Source: Kordia sp. SMS9 (GTDB lineage: Bacteria > Bacteroidota > Bacteroidia > Flavobacteriales > Flavobacteriaceae). Taken from it: DNA of 32,000 nucleotides. The notes under the pieces are model-generated. The model did no database searches. It was not told where the DNA came from and saw only the letters and a list, made by a program, of their open reading frames with translations. The first letter of the stretch is position 1; each line of letters starts with the position of its first letter. A program made the position numbers and the translations under genes. The stretch lies in assembly GCF_003352465.1 (NCBI RefSeq), contig NZ_CP031153.1, positions 2,421,533 through 2,453,532 of the forward strand. Direction: 5' to 3'. Shown here piece by piece: positions 1 to 8,174 of the stretch.

Positions 1-2931
1 GTGGCGTTGGCAAACAATTTAGACAGGGCAGAAGCTATATTTAACAACTGTATTTTAGAAAATAACTCAGGGCAAAACGGAGCTGTTTTCGGAACCTACG
101 TGCAAAACTCAGGTGTTTCTGTAAGTTACAATATAGACTTTACAAACTCTAAAATACGCTCCAATTATGGAAGTCTAGGATCTGTAGTGCAATATTACGG
201 ATTAAATGGAGGAACCATTTCAGGTAAAATTGTAAACTGTCTATTCACAGACAATACAACGCCTGTTTCACGAAATACAAGTTCGTGTATATGGATTGCA
301 CGTTTAAATGGTGTTGCAAGTGTAGTACAGTTAGACATCATCAATTCAACATTCACAAACAATTCAGCGCAAAGCGGACAAGTAATCACAACTACGGGCG
401 CACCAGAATTATCGAACATCAATAACTCAATCATTTACGGAAACGGAAGTACTACGCCACTTGATTTTAACACAGCACCATTTCCAGGTGTCAACAACTC
501 TATTGTAGAAGGTGGACAAGAAGGCGGCATCAATCTCGATCCTTTATTTACAAGTGCAACCGATTTTACATTACAACTCGCTTCGCCAGCAATTAACGCA
601 GGGAATAACACTTATTTACCTGTAGATATCACCGAAGATATTGATGGAAATCAACGTATTTTTGACACTACTGTAGATATGGGAGCGTATGAATTTAATG
701 CAAGCTGTGGCGAATTTTTCAATGTAACACTTACGCCAAGTCCAACTATTGCAACAGAAGCGACACTAACTTGGAATCATCCGTTTGATGCTAATGATAC
801 ATTTGATCTTGTATATGTGGTGAGTGGAATGCCAATAGGGAACGGAACTGCCATCAATGGAATCTCAGGAAACACGCAGTTACTTACAGGATTAAGTGCA
901 GGGTTTTACGACGTGTATTTACGAGCAGACTGTTCAGGAAGTCCAAGTACGTTTGAGTTACACACGGTAGGATTCAAAGTGCCAATCTTCGTAAACGTAA
1001 ATGCTACAGGAGCAAATAACGGAAGCAATTGGACAAACGCATACACTTCGCTAGAAACAGCTTTGTCAGTTGCAAGTAATGAAGATGTATTGTGGGTTGC
1101 AGCAGGAACGTACAAACCCGCAGGAACAAGTCGTTTAAACTCATTCAACATCACAAATGACAATCTAACGATTTACGGAGGATTCAACGGAACGGAAACA
1201 CAACTTTTAGAACGTGATTTCAGTACGAATGAAACGATCCTTTCGGGAGACTTGAATGATGATGATACTGTACTAACATTCAATGGAGGCGGACGTAATG
1301 AAAACTTATATCATGTTGTTGAGGTAACAGGACAAAATGTTACTATTGACGGACTCGTAATTTCTGGTGGACAAGCAACGGCAACTTCAGGAGATGATCG
1401 TCTTGGCGCAGGAATTTACAAAGACACTGGTGTTAATAATTTAGTCATTACAAACAGTAAACTTCGAGAAAATGTAGCCCTTGGTGGTTCTGCAATATTT
1501 GCGCGTTGTGCTAATGGAGAAATACTAACGGTAACCAACAGTATATTCAATGACAACTTGGGTACGTATGCCGCAGGATTATATACCATCAATGGTAACA
1601 ATGATAGTTATACAGTTACACTAGCCAACAGTGTATTCTATAACAATGTCACAAGAGATTCAGGAACGAGTCAAGGATTTACAGGAAGTTCAGCTTGGTT
1701 GCGCGCCAACGGAACAAGTAGTTCACTAACATCAACTGTAACCAACTGTACATTTGCAGACAATACAGACATTGGAACACGCGCATCCACAAACAGAGGA
1801 ACATTCAGTGCCAGTCGTTCTATCAATGGCGGAACACATTCTTTGACGATGTCCAACTCTATATTCTACGGAAACAGAGGCACAAGTAATGTCGTTACGC
1901 GCGCCATTACGAACGGACATACAATAGCTGTAACTTCATTAACGGTTAACAATGTTATTGCTGAGAGTACAACAGGTTTATCAGGAACCAATATTACAAG
2001 TGCAAACCCTATGTTTGTAGATGATGCCAATGCAGATTATTCCTTAGCAGCAGGCTCACCAGCAATCAACGCAGGAAACAACGCCAATGTAATTGGTACT
2101 ACAGATGTAGCAAACAACAATCGTATAGAAGGAACAACGGTAGACATTGGCGCGTATGAATTTGCGGCTTCACTATCGGTAGCTCTAAGAGTATTTTTGC
2201 AAGGTGCAATGTTAGGTGCAAGTACGAGTATGATGAATGACAATTTAAGATCAGGAAGCCACTTGCCAACAACATCTCCATACACCGATGGAGCCACTTG
2301 TGATGCTGCGGTTTTTACAGTAACAGGCAATGATGCTATTGTAGATTGGATTTGGGTAGAATTAAGAGATGCAACCACAAATACAACAATCATAGCATCG
2401 CAATCAGCATTGCTACAAAGTGATGGCGATATAGTTGGAGTTGATGGAATTTCGGCACTAGTCTTTAATCAAACTGCGGGCAACTATTACATCGTACTAA
2501 AACACAGAAATCATTTAGGTGTTATGACAAACAATACAATAAGTTTAAGTGGAGTTGCCACCGTGGTAGATTTTACAGATGCCAACAATCAAATCACTTT
2601 TGGAAGCAATGCGCAAACTACGTTCGGAATGCCAAGTGGTGTTGTAGCTATGTGGGCAGGAAATGTAAATGGTGATAACATCGTACAATATTCAGGGACT
2701 ACACCAGATGCGCCTAGTATTCTATCAGAAGTATTAAATGATCCAGGGAACTTCCTTAATTTTCCAACATACGCTTTAGCAGGCTACAATGTACATGATA
2801 TAAATATGGATGGTAGCACACAATACACTGGAACAACACCAGATACACCTTTCATTTTACAAAATGTATTGGCGCATCCAGGGAATTTCTTAAACTTTAG
2901 TACCTACCAAATTCTAGAGCAATTACCATAA
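1..2931 (+). CDS. Large secreted/surface protein, 5'-truncated at the window edge. It has parallel beta-helix repeat modules, an Fn3-like domain and a C-terminal tandem dockerin/EF-hand-like repeat.
   Basis: The ORF is open from base 1, so the first codon is probably internal. N/T/S/G-rich degenerate repeats are typical of right-handed beta-helix adhesins. Two modules end in SPAINAGNN...D(M/I)GAYEF (nt 580-696 and 2053-2163). An Fn3-like stretch reads TLTWNHP...YDVYLRADC. There are two ~43-aa C-terminal repeats. Confidence 0.8.
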   Translation: MALANNLDRAEAIFNNCILENNSGQNGAVFGTYVQNSGVSVSYNIDFTNSKIRSNYGSLGSVVQYYGLNGGTISGKIVNCLFTDNTTPVSRNTSSCIWIARLNGVASVVQLDIINSTFTNNSAQSGQVITTTGAPELSNINNSIIYGNGSTTPLDFNTAPFPGVNNSIVEGGQEGGINLDPLFTSATDFTLQLASPAINAGNNTYLPVDITEDIDGNQRIFDTTVDMGAYEFNASCGEFFNVTLTPSPTIATEATLTWNHPFDANDTFDLVYVVSGMPIGNGTAINGISGNTQLLTGLSAGFYDVYLRADCSGSPSTFELHTVGFKVPIFVNVNATGANNGSNWTNAYTSLETALSVASNEDVLWVAAGTYKPAGTSRLNSFNITNDNLTIYGGFNGTETQLLERDFSTNETILSGDLNDDDTVLTFNGGGRNENLYHVVEVTGQNVTIDGLVISGGQATATSGDDRLGAGIYKDTGVNNLVITNSKLRENVALGGSAIFARCANGEILTVTNSIFNDNLGTYAAGLYTINGNNDSYTVTLANSVFYNNVTRDSGTSQGFTGSSAWLRANGTSSSLTSTVTNCTFADNTDIGTRASTNRGTFSASRSINGGTHSLTMSNSIFYGNRGTSNVVTRAITNGHTIAVTSLTVNNVIAESTTGLSGTNITSANPMFVDDANADYSLAAGSPAINAGNNANVIGTTDVANNNRIEGTTVDIGAYEFAASLSVALRVFLQGAMLGASTSMMNDNLRSGSHLPTTSPYTDGATCDAAVFTVTGNDAIVDWIWVELRDATTNTTIIASQSALLQSDGDIVGVDGISALVFNQTAGNYYIVLKHRNHLGVMTNNTISLSGVATVVDFTDANNQITFGSNAQTTFGMPSGVVAMWAGNVNGDNIVQYSGTTPDAPSILSEVLNDPGNFLNFPTYALAGYNVHDINMDGSTQYTGTTPDTPFILQNVLAHPGNFLNFSTYQILEQLP

Positions 2932-3072
2932 AACGAAACACGAATGATTACATTCAGTATAAAAACAATAAGGTGATATTCTCTGTGGGAATGGAATAAC
3001 ACTTCCGTAGAAAGGACACAGATTACCAAACGTTTTACCAGGCAATAACTTATAGTTTACATTATTGCGCAA

Positions 3073-3107
3073 ATCCTGCAAGTTTTCATGCTTGTAGGAT
3101 TTTTTTT
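3073..3107 (+). terminator. Intrinsic terminator downstream of the beta-helix protein gene
   Basis: atcctgcaag / cttgtaggat forms a 10-bp stem (one G.U) with an 8-nt loop, followed by T7. Confidence 0.7.
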
Positions 3108-3385
3108 GTTTTTAGCAGTTCAAAACTAACTTTCAGAAACTCACTCGTTATTTCTGTGAACACAAGTAGTAGTTTTAGGTCATAGTAATTAATCGAACGT
3201 TTTAAACATACGATCAAACCGTTTGATGAATAGCCAAAACACGATCGGATTGAAAAACGGCTTCAATTCGATCGTTCATTCAAATAAACATTTCAGAAAC
3301 TCAGAACTGCATTTCGGAAAATGCCTCAAGTTTTCGCTTCAGATCTGTTATATATTTACTACCGAAACAAAAAATAGAAGCTTTT

Positions 3386-3706
3386 ATGAAACTAACAATC
3401 ATTATCATTAGTTTACTTTCGGTACTTTCATTCTCATCAATCTCAGAAACGACTACAACCGCAGAAGAAACTACCGAAGAAATCTACGGAAGTAGTTTTA
3501 AACTCATCAACGATACAAAAAGTAAAGTTTCTATCTACACAGGAAGTGGCTATGTTTCCTTAAACAAAGGAGGCAAAACAAGCATTTCTTGTAAAATTGG
3601 CAAAACGGTGCATTGGGCAAGTAAAGGAAAAAAAGGCGACGTCATCTTCAAAATCACAAGTGATATGTGTGGCGAAACCATCAAACTTTCCAAAATGGTG
3701 GATTAA
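3386..3706 (+). CDS. Small secreted hypothetical protein (106 aa)
   Basis: It has an N-terminal signal-like hydrophobic segment (MKLTIIIISLLSVLSFSS), then a T/E-rich linker, a Lys-rich body and 2 Cys. I recognise no family. Confidence 0.55.
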   Translation: MKLTIIIISLLSVLSFSSISETTTTAEETTEEIYGSSFKLINDTKSKVSIYTGSGYVSLNKGGKTSISCKIGKTVHWASKGKKGDVIFKITSDMCGETIKLSKMVD

Positions 3707-3713
3707 ACCGTTG

Positions 3714-4112
3714 TTATTCCAACGAATATTCTGCAACTAATTTTACAAAATCCAACGAACTAATCATGCCTTTTATTTTCCCTTCATGCATGGCAATTAT
3801 ATGATGTACCTTATGTCTAAGCATCATTTTAGCGGCCGATTGAGCGCTAGAATCTATATGAACAACATGAACGCTTGTGTAGGTCATTATATCTTTCACC
3901 GTTGTATTGTCATGCACTTCTTTATTAATATCTGTGGCAGTGACAATGCCTCTAATAATCATTTCAACTTGAGCTGAATCTTCGGAATACGAAATAATTG
4001 GAATTGCATGAATTCCGTTCTCTTTCATAAGAGTTCTAATTTCTTGAACACTACTTTCTTCTGTCGCAGTAGTAACTGGAGACGACATAAAATCTTTTAC
4101 TTGTATTCGCAT
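3714..4112 (-). CDS. CBS-domain pair protein (132 aa)
   Basis: Two CBS-like units are visible: V.DFMSSPVTTATEESSVQEI...MKENGIHAIPII and VKDIMTYTSVHVVHIDSSAQSAAKMMLRHKVHHIIAM...GMISSLDFVK. Confidence 0.8.
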   Translation of the reverse strand: MRIQVKDFMSSPVTTATEESSVQEIRTLMKENGIHAIPIISYSEDSAQVEMIIRGIVTATDINKEVHDNTTVKDIMTYTSVHVVHIDSSAQSAAKMMLRHKVHHIIAMHEGKIKGMISSLDFVKLVAEYSLE

Positions 4113-4135
4113 AACGAGTGTTTTTTAGGTTAGTG

Positions 4136-4162
4136 ATACCAATTTTATAGTTAAATTGGTAT
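4136..4162. promoter_or_regulatory. Perfect 10-bp-arm inverted repeat ATACCAATTT-N7-AAATTGGTAT in the CBS / ppk2 divergent intergenic region
   Basis: Read directly from the sequence. Its centre lies ~37 nt upstream of the CBS start codon, between that start and a minus-strand TAnnTTTG box at 4204-4211. Confidence 0.5.
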
Positions 4163-4203
4163 GATAATATATAAACAGTAGCTTTCAACGCTTTGACTAT
4201 TAT

Positions 4204-4211
4204 CAAAAATA
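4204..4211 (-). promoter_or_regulatory. Candidate Bacteroidota -7 promoter box (TATTTTTG on the minus strand) for the CBS gene
   Basis: The plus strand reads caaaaata, which is TAnnTTTG on the minus strand, ~92 nt upstream of the CBS ATG. Confidence 0.3.
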
Positions 4212-4320
4212 TGAATATAGGTTCATTCGGGATATGATAAAAATCATATTATGAATATCAGAATTTTTAGAAATTGTACTATCAAAAAATAGATGCGCAT
4301 TCACAAAACAACTTAAGAAA

Positions 4321-5169
4321 ATGAACTTTACATCTGAACATTTCAAAAAAGCAAAAACAAGAAATGATCTTATTAGTCTGGCAAAAGAACATGACATTTC
4401 AATTTCCAAAACCTTGAACAAGTTAAAATATGAAGCCGAGTTAGTCATGTTACAAGCTGAATTTGTGAATCTTCAAAAATGGATAGCAAAGAAAAAAATG
4501 AGAGTTGTTGTACTATTTGAAGGGAGAGATGCTGCGGGAAAAGGCGGATCAATAAAACGATTTAAAGAGCACTTAAACCCAAGAACATCAAGAGTTGTAG
4601 CATTGACGAAACCAACGGAGGTTGAGAAAGGACAATGGTACTTTAGGCGATATATAAAAGTGTTGCCAAACCCTGGAGAAATTGTATTTTTTGATAGAAG
4701 CTGGTATAACCGAGCAGTTGTAGAACCTGTAATGGATTTTTGTACCAAAGACGAATACAATAAATTTATTGTACAAGTTCCTGAATTTGAACATTTACTC
4801 TATGAAGATAATTTAATAATCATCAAATTTTGGTTTTCTATTTCTAAAGAAGAACAAAAAAAGAGGTTTGATGCGCGATTAAGTAATCCGTTGAAAAAAT
4901 GGAAATTCAGTCCCGTAGATGTCAAAGGACAAGAACTTTGGGAAAAATATACGTACTATAAAGAACAGATGTTTAGCAAAACCCATACAAATTTTAGTCC
5001 TTGGATTATTGTGAAAACGAATGACAAAAAGCAGGCAAGACTAGAAAGCATGCGGTATGTGCTATCACAGTTTGACTATGATGGAAAAGGAGAATCAAAA
5101 GTGTCGCTGCTGCCTGATCCAAATGTGATTATGAGATATCACAGAAGTGCCATTCAAATAGATATGTAA
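4321..5169 (+). CDS. ppk2: Polyphosphate kinase 2 (PPK2), single-domain, copy 1 (282 aa)
   Basis: Walker A-like FEGRDAAGKGG, the FDRSWYNR motif, and KKWKFSPVD...W..Y lid-region motifs characteristic of PPK2. Confidence 0.9.
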   Translation: MNFTSEHFKKAKTRNDLISLAKEHDISISKTLNKLKYEAELVMLQAEFVNLQKWIAKKKMRVVVLFEGRDAAGKGGSIKRFKEHLNPRTSRVVALTKPTEVEKGQWYFRRYIKVLPNPGEIVFFDRSWYNRAVVEPVMDFCTKDEYNKFIVQVPEFEHLLYEDNLIIIKFWFSISKEEQKKRFDARLSNPLKKWKFSPVDVKGQELWEKYTYYKEQMFSKTHTNFSPWIIVKTNDKKQARLESMRYVLSQFDYDGKGESKVSLLPDPNVIMRYHRSAIQIDM

Positions 5170-5188
5170 AACCAAAACAACACACAAG

Positions 5189-5950
5189 ATGAAATTAACG
5201 GAGGAAGAAATAATGCTTCTGAATTCTAAAATTGGATTGCATACACTTTTGAAAAACAAAAAAGTAAACATTCCTAAAGTTTTAGAAGAAGTAAAATATA
5301 TCAATCACCTAAAAAGTCAACAAGAAGAATTAATAAAACTTCAAAATTGGGTGATAAGAGAAAATAAAAAGGTAGTCATTCTATTTGAAGGTAGAGATGC
5401 TGCGGGAAAAGGTGGTGCCATACGACGAATTACAGAATATATAAACCCTAGACACTTTAAAATAGTTGCGCTCAACATTCCGACTAGCGACGAAAGAAAA
5501 CAATGGTTTTTTCAACGCTATATTAATGAGTTGCCCAAGCCAGGAGAAATCGTATTCTTTGATAGAAGTTGGTACAATAGAGCCGTCGTGGAGCCTGTAA
5601 ATAACTTTTGTACGGAAAAAGAATATGAAATTTTCATGACGCAAGTCAATAGTTTTGAGAAAATGCTCATTCAATCTGATACCTATCTCATTAAATTCTA
5701 TTTCTCCATCTCAAAAAAAGAACAAGCAAAACGTTTCAGAGAAATAAAAGCGAGTCCTTTAAAGCGTTGGAAAATGTCTCCTGTTGATGAAAAAGCCCAA
5801 GCGTTGTGGGATGAATATACATTGTATAAAGAGAAAATGTTTGAAGTTACAAATACGAAACATGCACCTTGGACAATCATTGATGCCAACAAAAAATCAC
5901 CGGCTCGGTTACAAGCCATTGAACATATCTTAGCAACAATTCCGTATTAA
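5189..5950 (+). CDS. ppk2: Polyphosphate kinase 2 (PPK2), single-domain, copy 2 (253 aa)
   Basis: It carries the same motifs (FEGRDAAGKGG, FDRSWYNRAVVEPV, KRWKMSPVD). It sits 19 nt after copy 1 and is clearly paralogous to it. Confidence 0.9.
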   Translation: MKLTEEEIMLLNSKIGLHTLLKNKKVNIPKVLEEVKYINHLKSQQEELIKLQNWVIRENKKVVILFEGRDAAGKGGAIRRITEYINPRHFKIVALNIPTSDERKQWFFQRYINELPKPGEIVFFDRSWYNRAVVEPVNNFCTEKEYEIFMTQVNSFEKMLIQSDTYLIKFYFSISKKEQAKRFREIKASPLKRWKMSPVDEKAQALWDEYTLYKEKMFEVTNTKHAPWTIIDANKKSPARLQAIEHILATIPY

Positions 5951-6133
5951 AATAAAGTTTACTACTAAGGCTTTAAAAAGCTCAACGGAAAAAAAGTTAA
6001 AATAACAGGAAAAGAAACAATCGTAAATGGTTTGGAAAAAGATGATGACATCATCAAACAAGGACGCTCAAAGGATATCATTCATATCAAATCACCAAAA
6101 ATAGAAATCATTACGGATTGATAAATCTCAATA

Positions 6134-6901
6134 CTAACTCTTAAAACAAACTGGAATAATTTCCCCTTCCATCAAGCAATATTCTTCCAGTTCTTCAGGT
6201 GTGAAATGTGCTGTATAATCTTCTTCTTTTACCGTAAATCCAACACTTCGGAGTTTATCAAAATAATCGAGTCCGTACACGCGCACATGATCATACTGAC
6301 CAAAGATTTTGGTGCGTTCCTTTTTATCCGTAACCGAATCGTCTTCAAAAGTAATGTCGCGCTCTAAATCTTGTGGAATTTGTAAAATCGCCATTCCGCC
6401 AGGTCTCAACACACGATGCAGCTCTTGCATCGCTTTCGTATCGTCAGGAATATGTTCCAATACATGATTGCACAAAATCGTGTCAAACGAATCGTCTTCA
6501 AAAGGCAAATCGCAAATATCAGCTTTCACATCTGCCAAGGGCGAAAACAAATCTGTCGTCGTATACTCTAAATTTTCCTGATGGCGAAAACGCTTGTAAA
6601 ATGCTTGCTCAGGCGCAAAATGCAATACTTTTTGAGGTTTGGTAAAGAAATCGGTTTCACGCTGTAAATACAACCACAACAACCGATGGCGTTCTAGTGA
6701 AAAGGTACTGGGCGACAAGGCATTTTCTCGATTCACTGCATATCCGTACGACAAAAACGATCGAAAACGTTGACCATCAATCGGATCTGTGTAATTTTTT
6801 CCCTTCAAAGTAAATGCAATAATTGGACGAATCCAATAACTCATCTTAATTAAAAGCGGTCTTGGAATCGTATTCAATATATATTTAAAGAGTTTTTTCA
6901 C
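6134..6901 (-). CDS. Class I SAM-dependent methyltransferase (255 aa)
   Basis: The ...FDTILCNHVLEHIPDDTKAMQELHRVLRPGGMAILQIP block is typical of Methyltransf_11/23-like domains. It lies 14 nt downstream of map on the same strand. Confidence 0.7.
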   Translation of the reverse strand: MKKLFKYILNTIPRPLLIKMSYWIRPIIAFTLKGKNYTDPIDGQRFRSFLSYGYAVNRENALSPSTFSLERHRLLWLYLQRETDFFTKPQKVLHFAPEQAFYKRFRHQENLEYTTTDLFSPLADVKADICDLPFEDDSFDTILCNHVLEHIPDDTKAMQELHRVLRPGGMAILQIPQDLERDITFEDDSVTDKKERTKIFGQYDHVRVYGLDYFDKLRSVGFTVKEEDYTAHFTPEELEEYCLMEGEIIPVCFKS

Positions 6902-6915
6902 TTGTAAAAAGTCTA

Positions 6916-7722
6916 CTATGCTTGTCTAAATTCGTCTTCTTCGTCACTTTCAATGCCTAAAGCATCATAGATATATTTAAACGTAGACAATAACTCTGGT
7001 TTTCCGTTTACTAAAGCTACATCGTGTTCAAAATGTGCACTTGGTTTACCATCTTTCGTCAAAACTGTCCAACCATCACGCAAAAACTTAATTTCTTTAA
7101 CACCCATATTAATCATCGGTTCAATAGCGACCACCATGCCTTCTACAAACTTCTTTCCGCGTCCGCGACGTCCGTAATTTGGCATGTTAGGATCTTCGTG
7201 CATTTTTCGCCCCAATCCGTGGCCTACCAATTCGCGAACTACGCCATAACCGTGTGCTTCACAATATTTTTGAATCGCAAAACCAACATCGCCTACACGA
7301 TTGCCTGCTTTAAACTCGCGAATTCCAACATACAAGGATTCTTTCGTTACTTTCAACAACTTTTCTGTCTCAGGATCAATTTCTCCCACAGGAAACGTAT
7401 ACGCATGATCGCCGTAAAACTCATTCTTAATTGCGCCGCAATCAATAGAGATAATATCGCCTTCTTGCAATGGTGTATTGTTCGGAATTCCGTGTACTAC
7501 TTGTGCGTTTGGACTCATGCAAAGTGTATTTGGAAAATTGTACAAGCCTAAAAAGCCAGGAATAGCATCATGATCGCGAATAAATGCTTCCGCCAAGGTA
7601 TCTAAATGTAAAGAGGTAACGCCAGGTTTAATTTCGCTGGCTAACATTCCCAAAGTTTTGGAAACAACTAACGCACTCTCGCGCATCAATTCAATTTCTT
7701 CTCGTGTTTTCGGTTTGATCAT
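6916..7722 (-). CDS. map: Type I methionine aminopeptidase
   Basis: Matches include EIELMRES..., VVHGIPN, GDIISIDCG and metal-ligand regions (GHGLG..HE). I place the start at the ATG at 7722 (MIKPKTREEIE...), not the track's 7809. The longer ORF would overlap the upstream gene by 91 nt, whereas ATG 7722 forms an ATGA overlap with that gene's stop. Confidence 0.9.
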   Translation of the reverse strand: MIKPKTREEIELMRESALVVSKTLGMLASEIKPGVTSLHLDTLAEAFIRDHDAIPGFLGLYNFPNTLCMSPNAQVVHGIPNNTPLQEGDIISIDCGAIKNEFYGDHAYTFPVGEIDPETEKLLKVTKESLYVGIREFKAGNRVGDVGFAIQKYCEAHGYGVVRELVGHGLGRKMHEDPNMPNYGRRGRGKKFVEGMVVAIEPMINMGVKEIKFLRDGWTVLTKDGKPSAHFEHDVALVNGKPELLSTFKYIYDALGIESDEEDEFRQA

Positions 7723-8129
7723 TTCTTTAGAAAGGAAAACAATCCTTTTTTCTTTTTTAAATTTTCGTTTGGCAATTCGTTGGTAAGGAGTTGATATACT
7801 TTTCCCCAACCTATAAATCCGCCAATATTTCTATCGTCAATAAAATAGTCTGCGTTGATTTTTCGACTTATTTTTCCTTCAAAAACTTCTTCTGGATAAC
7901 TGTTATTTACGGCGTAAAAGTCGATGCCATTTTCTTTGCAAAATTTTACAGCTTCCTCCAACTTTCGTCCGCTTCTGTACGTCCATAAAATCAAGCGATG
8001 TCCATCGTGTTCCAGTCTTTTCAATGTTTCAAAAGCAAAGATTTTCGGAGCCCCAATTTTAGGATACGCATCGTCTACAATAGTACCATCAAAATCTACA
8101 GCAATTAGTAAGCTTTCTTTCACAATCAT
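7719..8129 (-). CDS. Small HAD-superfamily-like hydrolase (136 aa)
   Basis: An N-terminal DxDGT motif (IAVDFDGTIVDD) and a later FIDDR acidic motif. Specificity is unknown. Confidence 0.6.
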   Translation of the reverse strand: MIVKESLLIAVDFDGTIVDDAYPKIGAPKIFAFETLKRLEHDGHRLILWTYRSGRKLEEAVKFCKENGIDFYAVNNSYPEEVFEGKISRKINADYFIDDRNIGGFIGWGKVYQLLTNELPNENLKKKKGLFSFLKK

Positions 8130-8151
8130 TCCACTTCCTATTTTGTAACTG

Positions 8152-8159
8152 CAAAGCTA
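8152..8159 (-). promoter_or_regulatory. Candidate -7 promoter box (TAGCTTTG on the minus strand) for the HAD-like/map/methyltransferase operon
   Basis: The plus strand reads caaagcta, 22 nt upstream of the ATG at 8129. It matches TAnnTTTG. Confidence 0.45.
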
Positions 8160-8174
8160 CAAAGAATTCGGGGA

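Noticed and set aside
3223-3411. A 62-aa plus-strand ORF upstream of, and overlapping, the 3386 gene.
   Set aside because: It runs through hairpins and palindromes, overlaps the start of the better-supported secreted-protein gene, and its sequence does not look protein-like.
4203-4448. An 81-aa minus-strand ORF spanning the ppk2 upstream region and 5' end.
   Set aside because: It is antisense to a confident PPK2 gene and to the intergenic control region, and it has no recognisable features.
5969-6121. A stop-to-stop open frame after ppk2 copy 2 reading ...KVKITGKETIVNGLEKDDDIIKQGRSKDIIHIKSPKIEIITD, which is vaguely protein-like.
   Set aside because: It has no ATG or GTG start in frame (only an internal TTG) and is about 50 codons long. 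It could be a gene remnant, but I cannot support that from sequence alone.
7024-7551. A 175-aa plus-strand ORF inside map. Similar long antisense or out-of-frame ORFs lie inside other confident genes (9003-9398, 12522-12878, 19779-20156, 27984-28328, 29388-29828, 30261-30899, and those nested in 1-2931).
   Set aside because: They lie wholly within strongly supported genes. Their composition is Ser/Cys/Phe/Ile-rich and low in complexity, as expected for antisense or off-frame reading of AT-rich coding DNA. They carry no recognisable motifs.
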